Shown: positions 1-14,912, counted from the stretch's first letter. The stretch is DNA of 64,000 nt from Octopus sinensis (GCF_006345805.1 NC_043000.1:21886001-21950000), one strand, 5' to 3'. Numbers and translations: made by a program. The notes: a model not told the origin generated them from the sequence alone.

Positions 1-292
1 CCTTGGGCAAGTGCCTTCTACTATAGCTTCAGACCGACCAAAGCCTTGTGAGTGGATTTGGTAGACGGACACTGAAAGAAGCCCGTCGTATATATGTATG
101 TATATATATGAGTGTGTGTTTGTCCCCCCAACGATGCTGGTGTGTTTACGTCCCCGTAACTTAGCGGTTCGGCAAAAGAGACCGATAGAATAAGTACTAA
201 GCTTACAAAGAATAAGTTCTGGGGTCGATTTGCTTGACTAAAGGCGGTGCTCCAGCATGGCCGCAGTCAAATGACTGAAACAAGTAAAAGAG
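1..292 (+). mobile_element. tRNA-derived SINE, family A (octopus-type), truncated by window start
   Basis: Shared core GCCTTGTGAGTGGATTTGGTAGACGGA, central TA/TG microsatellite and tail GACTGAAACAAGTAAAAGAG recur more than 15 times in the window. Confidence 0.9.
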
Positions 293-489
293 GAAAAAAG
301 AGGAGATACACACACACATAAGGATAAGCATATTAAATGGGGTTCGTGGAGAAACTCATTTAAATAAAAGGAGTCCTTGGTAGTGAAAAAGTTGGGAACC
401 GCTACTCTGTATTAATCAAACCAGATTTGTTGTACATTAGTCCTCTAAAGTAAGAACTATCCAATTTAAAAGAAAAGTGAACATGAAAC

Positions 490-822
490 TGTGTGGTTCT
501 GGGTTCAGTTCCAATGCGTGGCACACTGGGCAAGTGTTTTCTGCTAAATTTACTCACAAGGCATTGGTCGGCCCTGAGTTATGGTAGAAGAAAACTGTGT
601 GGAAGCACGTCATATATACATATGTATGCATGTTTGGTCCCCCACAACCGCCTGACAACCGGCATTGGTTTGTTTACATCCCAGTAACTTAGCAGTCCAG
701 TAAAATAGACCGATAGAATAAGTACCAGATTTAAAATAGGCACTGGGGCCGATTTGTTCAATTAAAACTTGTCGTGGCGGTGCCCCAGCATGGCCGCAGT
801 CTAATGACTAAAACAAGTAAAG
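490..822 (+). mobile_element. SINE family A, diverged copy
   Basis: B-box-like GGGTTCAGTTCC head, same core and tail as 1-292. Confidence 0.85.
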
Positions 823-1539
823 GAAATGTGAAAGATAAAAATAATAAAAGCATTACAAATTCTGCAGACCAAAAACACCTGGAGAGTAAAAAAAGTTCGG
901 AAGACAGTAACCCGGAATTTAATATGGATCTCGAAAGCAACAGAGCCAAAATAAAAACACGAGACAAAGGAACTTGGTTGGGTGTGACATTTGAATCCAT
1001 CAATTTAGTTCGATTAAGATCAACAAAACGGATGTGCCATTAAGCGGCGGGGGGTGGGCAGCTTGAAGAAACAAGTATAGCATTACTGTGAAGATATTTA
1101 TAGTAATGGTAAGATATTTATAGAATAATACAATAACACAATTTGGAATCATATTCTCTGATATTAGCCAGTGAAGTCTTTACATTGCATTCGTTGATAT
1201 TCAACAGAAATAAATCTGTGCCAAATTCCTCCAAGCAATTTCACCTTCAAACGTTTCTTTAAATAACAATTTGTTATTTAATTCTTGTGGGGCGGGAAAC
1301 AATAGAAATCAGCGTAGAAATATTCTTGCAATTGATAGAATCTAAATCGTTTTTATATGTCAGTCAATACATACATACACACGCTCTACTTCAGATAATT
1401 CACAAAATCGAGAATATTTGACCTCAATAATAAATTTATTATCAATTTATGTATATGTATATGAAGAGAAAGAAAGACCCTCGCTTAAAAAAACCCCGGG
1501 AGAACCACGAATTTATGGTAAAGTGCTCGATACATTCTG

Positions 1540-1605
1540 TGTGTGTGTATGTGTGTGTGGATAGATAGATAGATAGATGACAGACAGATAGATAGATAGA
1601 TAGAC

Positions 1606-1657
<52 letters not shown>

Positions 1658-1661
1658 ATAG

Positions 1662-1692
<31 letters not shown>

Positions 1693-1878
1693 TAGATAGA
1701 TAGACAGATAGACAAACAGACAGATAGATAGATAAACAGATAGACAGACAGATAGATAGATAAACAGATAGACAGATAGATAATAGACAGACAGATAGAT
1801 AGACAAACAGATATACAAACAGACAGAAAGATATATAAACAGACAGAAAGACATATAGACAGACAGATAGATAGATAA
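1540..1878. repeat. (AGAT)n/(AGAC)n/(AG)n compound microsatellite
   Basis: Directly visible; explains ORFs 1485-1976 and 1513-1854. Confidence 0.97.
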
Positions 1879-2246
1879 TTCATTGTAGAACTGAGACTAA
1901 TGTTACTATTCGGTGTATCCTTGATCACGAAGCTTGTTTGCAAATTCATGTACATACCACGCAAGCACACACACACAATCTATGTAAATACACAATTATA
2001 GAGAAACGAACACACGACCTCAACAATCATGTGAAACACGCATGAAAGATATGCTTTGAAGCAAGCCATTTCATAATAAAACCTTAATGAACCATAAACA
2101 AATCACATGTTCCCTAATTAAAACTGGCTACAGTTTAAATAGACACACACATATACATATACATACATAAGATATATAATAAGCACAACATTAAAAAAAA
2201 TACAAGATATTACAATTCTAAGAGTTGGAAATCAGACGGAACTTAC

Positions 2247-2620
2247 CATTTATGAAAGAAAATGTTGTAAGCTGATCTATGAACATTTCGTTGCAGAGAA
2301 AATTAAAACTATATATATATATATATATATTTTTTTTTTTTTTACAATGTATATTGTTGAAACTGAAACGGTAAATACTCCGAGGAAGCTAGTGACGGTC
2401 CTACATCAAGCAAATCAACAATAAAAATACAATATTTTGGTAATATTCCGATGAATGAGATCCCGGTGGTTTGGGTCGTCCTTTTTTTCTCTCTCACTTA
2501 CCAACACTTAAGAAGACTTAACAAGCATCCATCTGATTTGAAAGTTGTCAGTCTAATCTGTCAGTGAAAACAAGAGAGAAGAGAGCGAGCGAACAAGCAA
2601 ACCAGACGAGAGCCTGTTTG
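2247..2620 (-). other. Probable first exon (5' UTR plus ATG) of a gene running off the left end of the window
   Basis: Minus strand reads TAA ATG|GTAAGT: ATG at 2249-2247 followed at once by a consensus donor, with an in-frame stop just before it and a CT-rich leader. The upstream boundary is a guess. Confidence 0.5.
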
Positions 2621-2900
2621 AATGAACGGTGGTGTGTGTAAACGCATGTGCTATCAGGATATGATGGCATTAGTCATTTTGTCGTCATTGAAAAAGTAAA
2701 TGAAGAAAGAGAGGGAGGAATAGAAAAAGGAGGAGTGAGTGACGAGAGTGAGTGAGTGATGAGAGTTAGTGAGGGAGGGGAAGGTTAAGAACTGCTTCTT
2801 TCTTTACTCCCCCTTCCTCCGCTGCCTCGTGAGTCAGCAAGCGCCAATGTCTTATGTCGTCTGCTTGTTCGAAATTGTTTCTCCATACAAAGCGTTGCAG
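2560..2900 (-). promoter_or_regulatory. Candidate promoter region
   Basis: Locally GC/CpG-enriched and TE-free, with GA-rich tracts, AP-1-type TGAGTCA at 2830-2836 and CCAAT at 2844-2848, upstream of the ATG|GTAAGT exon. Confidence 0.4.
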
Positions 2901-3570
2901 TCGTTAAGTTAAAGCAGGATGGAGGTGGGGAAAAAAGTTAAAATTGTGGTTCGTTCCACAACATTACATGTATGTGTTAAGTAAATATGACATGTTTGAC
3001 GAATAAGACAAATATTAAAAAAAGGGACATCCGCTGAGAAAGACAGGGAAGAAATTATTCAATAATTTCGTTTCTCAAACGGAACAGATCGAACAAAACA
3101 TACATATACACACAGCAAAACACACAACCAACGAAATACATACACATACAAAACATACATAAACACAAATAAGCGATGGAGATAATTGTTTATGAATGTA
3201 AAGCTTTCGTTTGTATGCGTCATGTTATTCATCAGTTGTTTAACCCCAGACCACGCTTGATACACCAGTGCTATAATCAAAGACGTTCTAGTCGGGACCA
3301 TCATATCTTTGTATATAATGGACTAGATCGTTCGACAATGTCCTTTATTTAAAGGGAAACTTGAGATCAAAGGCGCTCCAACTGTGACCACCCTGTTTTT
3401 TTTTTCTTTATCATGAATTATATTATCCAGTGTTTTTGAAGACGTTGTGTGACTCAACCGGAGTCCATATAACCTATGGGAATCCATATGACCCTTGCGG
3501 GTCCATATAAGATTTTCTCTTAAAATTTATAAGCAATAAGTTGCTTATACTTCTTCAATACACCAAATAT

Positions 3571-3783
3571 TACTCTTTTACTTGTTTCAGTCATTTGACT
3601 GCGGCCATGCTGGAGCACCGCCTTTAATCGAGCAACTCGACCCCAGGACTTATTCTTTGTAAGCCCAGTACTTATTCTATCGGTCTGTTTTGCCGAACCG
3701 CTAAGTGACGGGGACATAAACACACCAGCATCGGTTGTCAAGCAATGCTAGGGGGGACTAACACAGACACACAAACATGCACG

Positions 3784-3855
<72 letters not shown>

Positions 3856-3977
3856 TATACGACGGGCTTCTTTCAGTTTCCGTCTACCAAATCCACTCAC
3901 AAGGCTTTGGTCGGCCCGGGACTATAGCAGAAGACACTTGCCCAAGGCGCCACGCAGTGGGATTGAACCCGGAACCA
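3571..3977 (-). mobile_element. SINE family A with expanded internal (TA)n
   Basis: Reverse complement of the family A sequence. Confidence 0.9.
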
Positions 3978-4675
3978 TAATGCAATTACTAATAATATTT
4001 AATTCTAAAAATATAATGGGAATTTTTTAAACATCGAAAGGCTGTGAGAGTCCACCCAAGTAAAATGGAAATCAAATGGGTAAAAAATAGTTGAGAACCA
4101 CTGATGTAAAGGGTATCTGGCTCGTTTGCTCATCAGTCTATTGATGATGTAAACCATCACATCAAGAACCTAGCAGTTCTTTCTCAGTAAAATTAATCAA
4201 GGCGGGGGAGAATTTCATCTTTCATATCTTCAATTCAAGCTTTCAGTCAATGACAGACAGAACTGCTCTTATTTCAGTTAAATGGATTAGAGCTCTCACA
4301 GATTTTAGTGGGTTCACTATATTCAACTTTTCTTTCATTCATCTTCCACAAAGTTTATTTTGGAAGCTTTAACCTTTCTGTTGTAATCCTTGTGTTTTAA
4401 TATTTTACCAATTATGGACGTTAAAACTAAAAGCTGCTTTTAATAACCACTTGTCTTTAGAGTTCTTTTGCGATTTTTCTCGGTGTTGTTTGTATAAAGT
4501 TTTCATGTTCCTTGTCTACATGATCGCTCGACCTGCTAGAAATAACAGCCAACTTTTCTTCAAATTACGTACACCTCACCGTCTTAAAACATTAATTCCA
4601 TGATATACTACGCTTAGAAAAATAAATAACATGGTCATGGATAGAACGCCTTTGATTACAGATGTATTCAATCAG

Positions 4676-4826
4676 AGATTTTCGGTTTGAACGGCAGTTT
4701 TTCTAGTGGTGTCATATGAAATTGTCACCCATAACTATGACCCTAGTATCGAGCTATTGCATTTCAATCTCTTTTAAGGTTAGGGTTAGGGTGGGGGAAG
4801 GGTATCTTTTTTCTTCAGAAATGTAA
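4676..4826 (+). mobile_element. Partial Merlin-like MITE (left third)
   Basis: Matches the left end of the 7208-7623 element, including TTAGGG repeats; no right TIR. Confidence 0.8.
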
Positions 4827-5210
4827 CTCGGCAAGCAATGCGTATTGCTTACAGTATGAACAGTTTTAGATGTAATAAGCGAACTGAACATGATGGCTGT
4901 ATCCTAGGCTGTATTTGGTATGGACGTTACATACAGAACAATATCAGCAGAAGAGACACATCAGACCACACTGTCCATACGCACATAGACACGAAGAAGC
5001 GGTGAAAATAACTGACCATGTTACGAACAACGAAATACTTGATTGGACCAAATTCAATAAGGAAGCTGGTTTTACATCAAAACCTGCCATGAGCTGGCCT
5101 CGTTCAAAGAATGTCGACTCAAATACTCTTATACAGAGAATAACAGGAAGCAACTCGTCCTCTAAGAATTCCGAGGCATCAATGCAAGGAAGTCTAAAAC
5201 TTTTAACGTT

Positions 5211-5370
5211 GGCTGTGTGGTTAAGAAGCTCGCTTAGCAACAAGTGGTTTCAGGTGCAGTCCCGATGTGCGGCACCTTGGGCAACTGTCTTACATTATAA
5301 CCCCGGATCAACCAATGCTTTGTGAGTGAATTTGGTAAACGGAAACTGTGAAGAAGCTCGTCAAATATGT
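5211..5370 (+). mobile_element. SINE family A, 5' half
   Basis: tRNA-like head GGCTGTGTGGTTAAGAAGC plus core. Confidence 0.8.
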
Positions 5371-7207
5371 GTGTGTGTGTGGATGAAGTATATGGCCCTT
5401 GTCAACGTCTCCATTTGTCAGTAGATCAACAAGGAGAAATGTTAGACCCAGTCGTGCTCTAATTCTTATGTCAGCGTTCATTTTGGTGAAAAAAGTAGGC
5501 TTATGTAGCCATCTTAGATAAATACAACGGGAATCACATCATTATAAATAGATGTCAATGAGAGGATACATTCGATATTTTTCTAACTTTCTACACTCGT
5601 TGTTATTCTTGACTTCCCCACATCAGTCCAGAGTAGACATATGACTAAAGGCAATCCAACTGTGAACACCCTGTCGTTTTTATATAATCTAATGTGCCCA
5701 TCTCTCTTTAAAACTGTGGAAATGTAATTTGAGGTAGATTTGGTTGTTATTTCAAGCAGGTCAAGCGACCGTATAGAGGCTCCCTCACTGGCCCTTGCCA
5801 ACAGTTAGAAAGCATTCGTGATTTAAAATTTATTCTTAGCACTGAGTACAGCTAGTTCTTCATTACAGTCGCACTCGTTGAAAAATCTTAAGCAGCCATT
5901 GGAGCGAAGTTGGACTTTGAAGCCAAAAATGACCATTCCTCTCTACTTTGCCGCTAAAACTAATCTAGACAAATAACCCAGACCCCAAGAATTTAATTAG
6001 CTCTATAGTTCGTCTTCGCAGTTGATAGAAGCATTAGCTGAATAGAAAATGAAACGTTCTAGTGCCCCTATGACTTAGGTCACATAAAATGAAATGACTG
6101 CATCAGGTTCAAAGTTTGCTCTCGAGAAGAAAAAAGATCAGATCAACTACAAAGGACATGAGAAAAGTATAAAGATTATTAGAAGTATGCGGAACTTAAT
6201 TAAATCTTTAATAGAATAAAAACTGTTAGCTCGTATTTCATACCCCATGTATGAAATATAGAAATTGAAAACTGGAAATTTTATGACTATAATACGGTAT
6301 AACTGAAATGGCTACGATCAAAACTGGGTTGTAGATGGCTTGTCAAGAAATTTGCAAACTCATGCAGTAGAAAGCAGGTTTTATCGAACAGCAACATGAA
6401 TATAACTTGAATTTCAGATGATATAAAATGACTTTTATGCTTGAAAAAACAATCATTTTTAGAAACCAGGCGACATCGAGAACAAAATGTGTGTCTTTTC
6501 TTAGAACAGTAAAAACTCAGCAAGCACTGCGTATTGCTTACAGTATGAACAGTTTTAGATGGTTGGCTTAACGCCACTCGGTTGAACTCCACTGTCTGGT
6601 CATTGAGTCTCTTAAGTTGAGTACACGCATTTGCAAGCGATCAGACCAGACCCCTCCATCTCGGTTCTCGCACTTTTTACGGACCTCTTCCTGTAAACAT
6701 TTAGTTGCATATGTATTAAGTTATATACCAGCCGCACCACTTCTACCAGAAGGCTTGTAAATTGTTTTGGACATAACTCTCCTTGTGAAACAGGGTGAAT
6801 GATACACATAATTTTAAATTCTCGTGTTTGCCAGACGTATTTAACTGAAATCATCGTAAAGATGATGCATAAACCTAATTAAAACGAATGGGCATTCCTC
6901 TACTATAGACTGCTTAAAAGCTCCCCGCTCTGCCCAAATAACCAAAGTAGTTCTTAATCTAAGGGTTTTGAATTACTAGGAGTGACGGCAAATGATTGCT
7001 ATGGGCGTGCTGGGTGTTTAAAGGGATTGTGAATTTTCTTAGAAATAAAATTTGTTAACCAAGTACAATATTTTTATTTTTAACTCATTTTGGAGCTTTT
7101 CTATTTGACTGCACCAGTGGAAATTTGAAAGATCCCTCACAGCAAAATAATTTATTCCACTTTTGAAAGGCTAAAAATCTTAATACGCCCAAAACAATAC
7201 GGGAACC

Positions 7208-7623
7208 GGATCTTTTCGGTTTGAACGGCAGTTTTTTTCTATCGGTGTCATATGAAATTGTCACCCATAATTACGACCCTAGAATCGATCTATTACATTT
7301 CAATCTGGGTTAGGGTTAGGGGTTGGGGGAAGGGTATCTTTTTTTCTTCGGAAATGTAAATAAACCCAATCTGTTTCTTAAACGAGGGACATATTCATAC
7401 GACACAGAATGCTTTTTAACTCAATAGACGTTACTGATTGGTTGAAATTGCAGTAATTGAAGAAAAGAAAAACAACAAATATCTTACAAACTGTAGAATT
7501 TTCTCAATAAAGCCAAGAGAAAAAGATGTTTTATAAACACATTCTACCAGTATACGAAGTTTAAAAGTGTTTAGTTACGTGGAAATTATTTAAAAAAAAC
7601 TGCCGTCCAAACCGAAAAGATCC
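7208..7623 (+). mobile_element. Merlin-like MITE, full length (416 bp)
   Basis: TIR GGATCTTTTCGGTTTGAACGGCAG / CTGCCGTCCAAACCGAAAAGATCC; 8-bp TSD CGGGAACC/TGGGAACC. GG-starting TIRs with 8-bp TSDs fit the Merlin superfamily. Confidence 0.85.
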
Positions 7624-8859
7624 TGGGAACCATTTGGGCGAGTGTATATCAACGCAATAATAGATGATTATGAGTAGTAAATATAAAACATTTATCATGA
7701 CAGGTAATTTGTATGAAGGCGATGTAACTTTTTATCTGCTATACACTAAGAAAGATAAACTGTATAAAAAAGGCGTGCAGTTTTTTGTAATATTTTTAAT
7801 GTTACTGTTTGGAGACGAGAAGTGTCATAAGCACTTGCAGACTCCCTGTAGTTCCATTTTTGTAGGAAAACAAGGAAGGCTTGGAGAGGAGTTCGGTAGG
7901 GACTAGAGGAAAGAGAGATACGGGTAGAGATTATTATGAATTGGAGAGGCATAGCTGGATAACAAGTACACAACTTTACAAAAGCAGACTCATGTGGTAT
8001 CGGAAGAAAGGGTCAAGTTAGCAAGTGGTTGAGGCTAAGTTAAATATTCATATTCAAGGAAACTTGTAGTGGTTTTAGTTGATAAAAATTGGTTAAATAT
8101 AGTCGGAAAAGAAAAGAAAAAGGAGACTGATAATGCGTCACAAGGAGAACTCTTCTCATGGTACACTAACATTATTATAATTATTATTATCATTTTAAAT
8201 TTTCGGTCGTGGCTTCTTTTGTCAGACGATCATTATTTATTTGGATGTTATATCGTGTCTTACAATATGCGACAAATGCGCCATGCCACGTACGTAAGGA
8301 GGACTCAAATGTATGAAGAATATGTGCCTTGTAGTATGAATGAGTAACATACTATTCCGAGCCGACGTATTTTTTGCAAAACCAAAAATATACCGAAATA
8401 GCAACTGACTGCAGCAAATTCGACCTAGAATATTGCTAACCTACCCCACTCCTCTCTATCTCTATTTCTTTCGTTCATCACATGTAAGTAAAAACTGTTT
8501 TGTCTGACAAGCAATGTAGGGTACAAGGCGGTGTCTTTTTACACAAACCTCTACAGGCACTCTCACACAGTCAAGACTTATCTTTGTGGTCTTTTCTACT
8601 ACACGGTCCGTCCCACTTCTCAAGTTGCTAGTTGCCTACACGGATGTCGTCTGGTAGCGAAGCGACCCGCTCCTTCCGCCAAATATTCTCCAAACGTCCG
8701 GATACACATTAGCTACATTGCAAACGTATTGCATGAGTGAAAAATTCATACACCTGACTTCTTTCTTCAAATTCCATCTTTTTAAATCAGATCTCTTGTG
8801 TAATGAAATTCATTTTACACTTATACTTCGAATGTACCTTCTTCCTACAAATGAATGCA

Positions 8860-10200
8860 CATCGAGATATATTCTACCAGTCAAGCACCTCTCATAAACA
8901 CCTTCAACAACACCTTCACCAGGAGGACCCATGACCTTTTTCAGGGCCTTCAAGACTAGTGGTTTCTGCCCTAGAAGAAGCTGCTACGCTCAAAACTCTA
9001 ACAATATAACTAAATATTGAAGAGCTTATTCTTTTGATCAAGAGTTGACTGCATATATTTGACTTGGAAAGGTCGTTTATGTCACGTTATGCCACAAGCT
9101 GAAAAAGATGTGCATAACAGAAAGGTTGGACATTTGACTCATTTCCTTAAAGACTGATGTTAAAATTGGTGGCGCTAACGATGCTCTATTTAAAAAAAAA
9201 AATCTTCAGTAGTAAATGAAACACTGTTCTTGAAAACCTTTTGTTCTCATAATGTTATAAGATAATAAAAAAAAAAACAAATGTACAATCGGCCATACTT
9301 AGTAGCCATGCAGACGATATTAAATGTTGGAAATGAATACAAATGAAGATGCTTATGTCAAATACAGTTAAGCAAATAGATACATATAAAGACGCCCTTT
9401 AACGCCATAAAATTCATGTTCTCTGTTATGAACAGGAAACATCCAACAAAGAAATGTTTTATCTCGTTCCAAACAAAGAACAATTTTTTTTATATAATTC
9501 CCTTCTTCACCTGAGCATAGATATATCTGCCAACACAGCTTTCTCTGAATACATCTACACACCGTCAAATTACGCACCGAGAGCCAAGTGATTCATTACG
9601 GAGAATTTTCACCACAAAATCCGATGTTGATGTTAAACCTCTAGAAATCCCTTGTGTAATCCAAGTAAAGTAGACTACAGTTCTCTGGTCTGTTTTTTTT
9701 AATGATTTTTAATGAGTAGGAAGATATTAAGCCAACGACCCCCGTAGGACCTCCTAGGCTTGCCAGATTTATACAGATAATATTCAGCTTCAACAGCTGT
9801 AAATCAACCTCCATAGTAAAAGCCTGCACATGGAGGGAATTCTAGTAGTTTGGCGTTCTAGAGAAGAAGGGTATGGCATAATATTTGAAGAGAAGAGGCG
9901 GGTGTGATTGGTGGGCTTCGGTGTTAATCACGGGTAGTGGCGATAGAAGAGGAAGCGAAGGCATTATTATTGTTGGTGAGTTGGAGAGTGAGTCCTTGTA
10001 TGACTTTCTCTTGAGTTTAAGACGCCTTTACGTGAAGCAATTGTTTGGGTGTCAAGAGTGAAATATTTTCTGGTTCTGAAGAGGAAGGCTAATCTTTGGA
10101 ATGCAGTTTTTGCTAGATTATGGATGTGAGGTTGCCAACAGATCATCAGTGATTGTGAAGGATAACATCTGAAGCGACTCCAGCAGCTTATTGTCAGAGA
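8860..10200. mobile_element. Possible decayed Penelope-like retroelement fragments
   Basis: Stop-ridden peptides DLFRAFKTSGFCP (+, about 8935) and SKNCIPKISL (-, about 10100) loosely resemble Penelope ORF motifs. Weak. Confidence 0.25.
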
Positions 10201-10409
10201 TTATACAATATGGTTTCTTAATTTGTACTCTAATTGTGTACAAATTGCTAAATAACAAGGTCATTATACCCTCACTGGAGAACATTTTCGAAATCTTTAT
10301 TCATAAAGGTAATACAGATTTGATGTGAGATCTCTAAGTTGTATGTAAAAGACATCTATGAGCGAGAGGTTAAGGAAGACTGAATATAATGAACTAAAAA
10401 AAGGGACAC

Positions 10410-11080
10410 TCGAAAGATATTTTTACACTGAAGTATCTTGGACGACGTGGAGGTACATTGTGCCAAGGCTGGTCTTAGACTAAATGCCATTAAGCATGAG
10501 GTCATCACCTTCCATATCCCCCAGAACCATCCATTACTAATAATAACGAAACTACTACTCCAAGGGAAGTCAAAGACTGCAAATGTTTTGGTACATGGAT
10601 CGACTCGTCAGGGTAAGACTTCAAAGTGAGGAACACGCTTTCATGAAACGACATATTCAATGTGTTGAACTCCAAACTCACCTGACACATTAAGCTCAGC
10701 TTCTTCCATGGTAGAGTCCGTTCTACTTTATGGCCATGACTGCTGGGCTCTGAAGCCTACTGGGCAGAAGTCTCTGGATGGATGCTACAGCATAATATTG
10801 AATATGGTACTTAACATACAAACAATCACAATCACGTCATCCACAGGCTCTTCGGTAAGTGGGTTACCAGAGTCGTGTGAGAAAATAACAATCAAAAGAA
10901 TGAGGGTGGTCGGTGACTGTCAGAGACATTGGGCGTTCCCAACCAACTGGCTGGTGCTATGGGAGCCAGCCTACAGCAACATAAAGTGGTTGTTGTGTTA
11001 AAGAAAGGTATAGGACCGGGAAATACTAGCAAGATGTATGGAGGGCCGAGATGACTGAAAGCGACGCTGGAGGACCCGTA
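10410..11080 (+). mobile_element. Decayed LINE (RTE-like) reverse transcriptase 3' fragment
   Basis: Broken frames give AGLRLNAIKHEV, VESVLLYGHDCW, LDGCY, RMRVVGDCQRH and LVLWEP, typical of non-LTR RT C-termini. Confidence 0.8.
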
Positions 11081-11324
11081 TGAGGACGACTTAAATAATA
11101 AATAGATGCATACCACGGCTTTATACTTATATCTGGATAGATATATATATCCAGATGGTGCATCAACAGAGTCAACAAAAAAGTTCTGTTCACTGAAGAT
11201 CTAAGCACATTATGTGTAATTTACTTCAGCTGAACATGAAGTTACGCACGAGATTCCCCAAAACGTTATCATCTACAGATATTAACATGTGTGTGTGTGT
11301 GTGTGTAAAGAGGCATGGATTAGT

Positions 11325-11565
11325 GGTTAGGGTGTTGCACTCACGATTCCGGGATCGTTGCGTTATGTTCTTGAGCAAAACATTTCATTTCACGTCGCTC
11401 TGCGATCATTTCGACATCTGACATGTCGCACCCAGTTGCACCTGTGCATGTAATGTCGATTTGATGGAGAGAGTGAGCTTATGTCTACACAAACATTTGA
11501 TCACTATAAACAAATCATTTGTGTGGTTGTTCGGTAAGAAATTGTCGAACCCTCATACGTCGTCT
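11325..11565 (+). mobile_element. tRNA-derived SINE (second head type)
   Basis: Head GGATTAGTGGTTAGGGTGTTGCACTCACGAT; related heads at 34620-34700 (-) and 49960 (+). Confidence 0.65.
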
Positions 11566-11581
11566 AACAACGGGAGAGTCC

Positions 11582-11632
<51 letters not shown>

Positions 11633-11664
11633 TATATATATAGTGAAGTATATTTGCCACCTAA

Positions 11665-11980
11665 ATGCTACTGTTGTTTATAGCCCCAGGAAGACATCTC
11701 CTCGAGCTGGCTAACAACACACTGTGTCCGATCAGTATTTGCGAAGGGAAATCATCGTTCCCATCTCTAGCCTTACCTGATACACATGGTCCCGGGTTTC
11801 TGAATAGTAACCCGTCATCAGCGTGCGACAATCAACAGCTAGGGATAAGAACTGATTCCATCACGTAAGGCTAGAGATGGGAACGATGACTTCCCTTCGC
11901 AAATACTGATCGGACACAGACAGTGTGTCGTTAGCCAGCTGGAGGAGATGTCTTCCTGGGGATATAAACAACAGTTGCAT
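11665..11980. mobile_element. Hairpin (foldback) MITE with about 117-bp TIRs
   Basis: 11665-11781 is the reverse complement of 11860-11980 with few mismatches; no clear TSD. Confidence 0.85.
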
Positions 11981-12271
11981 CGTCCTCTATGGGTTAGCCA
12001 CTTTTAGGTAGCAAATATACTTCCCAATTCCGTGCTGCTACTGTTTGCATCTCGCTCAGAGATTTATTATTGCTTATATATATATATATATTGTGATACA
12101 CATAGAAACCCACAGGTTTTCTGCCGATACACAATTTCAATCATCTATGAAGATATCTTCTGCGTATAATGTAAGAAGCAAGTACAATAAAGTCAGACAG
12201 TTTTGATTAACTTCGTTTTTGGATTTGGTTTGCAAGATTCTTTATATGAGTTCGTGTGTTGAAGCATATTC

Positions 12272-13793
12272 TGTTGTGTCTGGGGAGAGTCATTTTATTT
12301 TTGTGTCATATAATTTAACGCACTCACCGGTAAAATTTCCACTTATTTATTATTTTTATTTTCTTAAAATTTTCGTTGCGTCTTGCAATCTTTTCAATAC
12401 TCTGACTCCGTCCGTTATTTACACTGCATTCCTTTTTATGCAAGCACATGAGTATGCAGAATACATACATACAGATGCACACACATACATACTATGCATA
12501 CACACACACATATATTTACATACATACATATACACATGCATACATACATACACACATGCATGCATGCATACATACACACATGCATACATACATACATATA
12601 CACATGCATGCATACATACATATACACATGCATGCATACATACATATACACATACATACACACACACATGCATGCATACATATATACATACATGCATGCA
12701 TGCATACATATATACATGCATGTATGCATACATACATACATATATACATGCATGCATGCATACATACATATACACATGCATGCATGCATACATACATACA
12801 TGCATGCATGCATACATGCATGCATACACATATGCATACATGCATGCATACACATATACATGCATGCATGCATGCATATATACATGCATGCATGCATACA
12901 TACATGCATACATACATGCATGCATACACATATACATGCATGCATACATATATACATGCATACATACATACATATACACATGCATGCATACATACATACA
13001 TGCATGCATACATACATACATGCATGCATACATATATACATGCATGCATGCATATATACATGCATGCATACATATATACATGCATGCATGCATATACATA
13101 CATGCATGCATACATATATACATGCATACATACATACATATACACATGCATGCATACATACATACATGCATGCATACATACATACATGCATGCATACATA
13201 TATACATGCATGCATGCATATATACATGCATGCATACATATATACATGCATGCATGCATATATACATGCATGCATACATATATACATGCATGCATGCATA
13301 CATACATGTATACATGCATGCATACATACATGTATACATGCATGCATACATACATGTATACATGCATGCATACATACATGTATACATGCATGCATACATA
13401 CATGTATACATGCATGCATACACATATACATGCATGCATGCATACACATATACATGCATAAACATATACATGCATGCATGCATACACATATGCATACATG
13501 CATGCATGCATACACATATGCATACATGCATGCATGCATGCATACACATATGCATACATGCATGCATACACATATGCATACATGCATGCATACATGCATG
13601 CATACACATATGCATACATGCATGCATACACATATGCATACATGCATGCATACATACATCATGTATGCATGCATACATGCATGCATGCATGCATACATGC
13701 ATGCATGCATGCATACATACATGCATGCATACATGCATGCATGCATACATACATACATACATACATACATACATACATACATACATACATACA

Positions 13794-13825
<32 letters not shown>

Positions 13826-14880
13826 CATACATACATATACACATGCATACATACATACACACATGCATGCATGCATACATACACACATGCATACATACAT
13901 ACATATACACATGCATGCATACATACATATACACATGCATGCATACATACATATACACATACATACACACACACATGCATGCATACATATATACATACAT
14001 GCATGCATGCATACATATATACATGCATGTATGCATACATACATACATATATACATGCATGCATGCATACATACATATATACATGCATGCATGCATACAT
14101 ACATACATGCATGCATGCATACATACATATATACATGCATGCATGCATACATATATACATGCATGCATGCATGCATATATACATGCATGCATGCATACAT
14201 ACATGCATACATGCATGCATGCATATATACATACATGCATGCATACATATATACATGCATACATACATACATATACACATGCATGCATACATACATACAT
14301 GCATGCATACATACATACATGCATGCATACATACATACATGCATGCATGCATATATACATGCATGCATACATATATACATGCATGCATGCATATATACAT
14401 GCATGCATACATATATACATGCATGCATGCATACATACATATATACATGCATGCATACATATATACATGCATGCATACATACATGTATACATGCATGCAT
14501 ACATACATGTATACATGCATGCATACATACATGTATACATGCATGCATACACATATACATGCATGCATGCATACACATATACATGCATAAACATATGCAT
14601 GCATGCATACACATATGCATACATGCATGCATGCATACACATATGCATACATGCATGCATGCATGCATACACATATGCATACATGCATGCATACACATAT
14701 GCATACATGCATGCATACATGCATGCATACACATATGCATACATGCATGCATACACATATGCATACATGCATGCATACATACATCATGTATGCATGCATA
14801 CATGCATGCATACATACATACATGCATGCATGCATACATACATACACATGCATACATACATGCATGCATACATACATACA

Positions 14881-14912
<32 letters not shown>

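Noticed and set aside
1485-1976. Leu/Ser/Ile/Tyr-rich membrane-like ORFs, and similar YIYI ORFs elsewhere
   Set aside because: Translations of (AGAT)n and (TA)n microsatellites.
4826-6561. 46-bp direct repeat at 4826-4872 and about 6515-6561, considered as LTR remnants
   Set aside because: Too short, no TG…CA ends or PBS, no gag/pol between; more likely fragments of a dispersed repeat.
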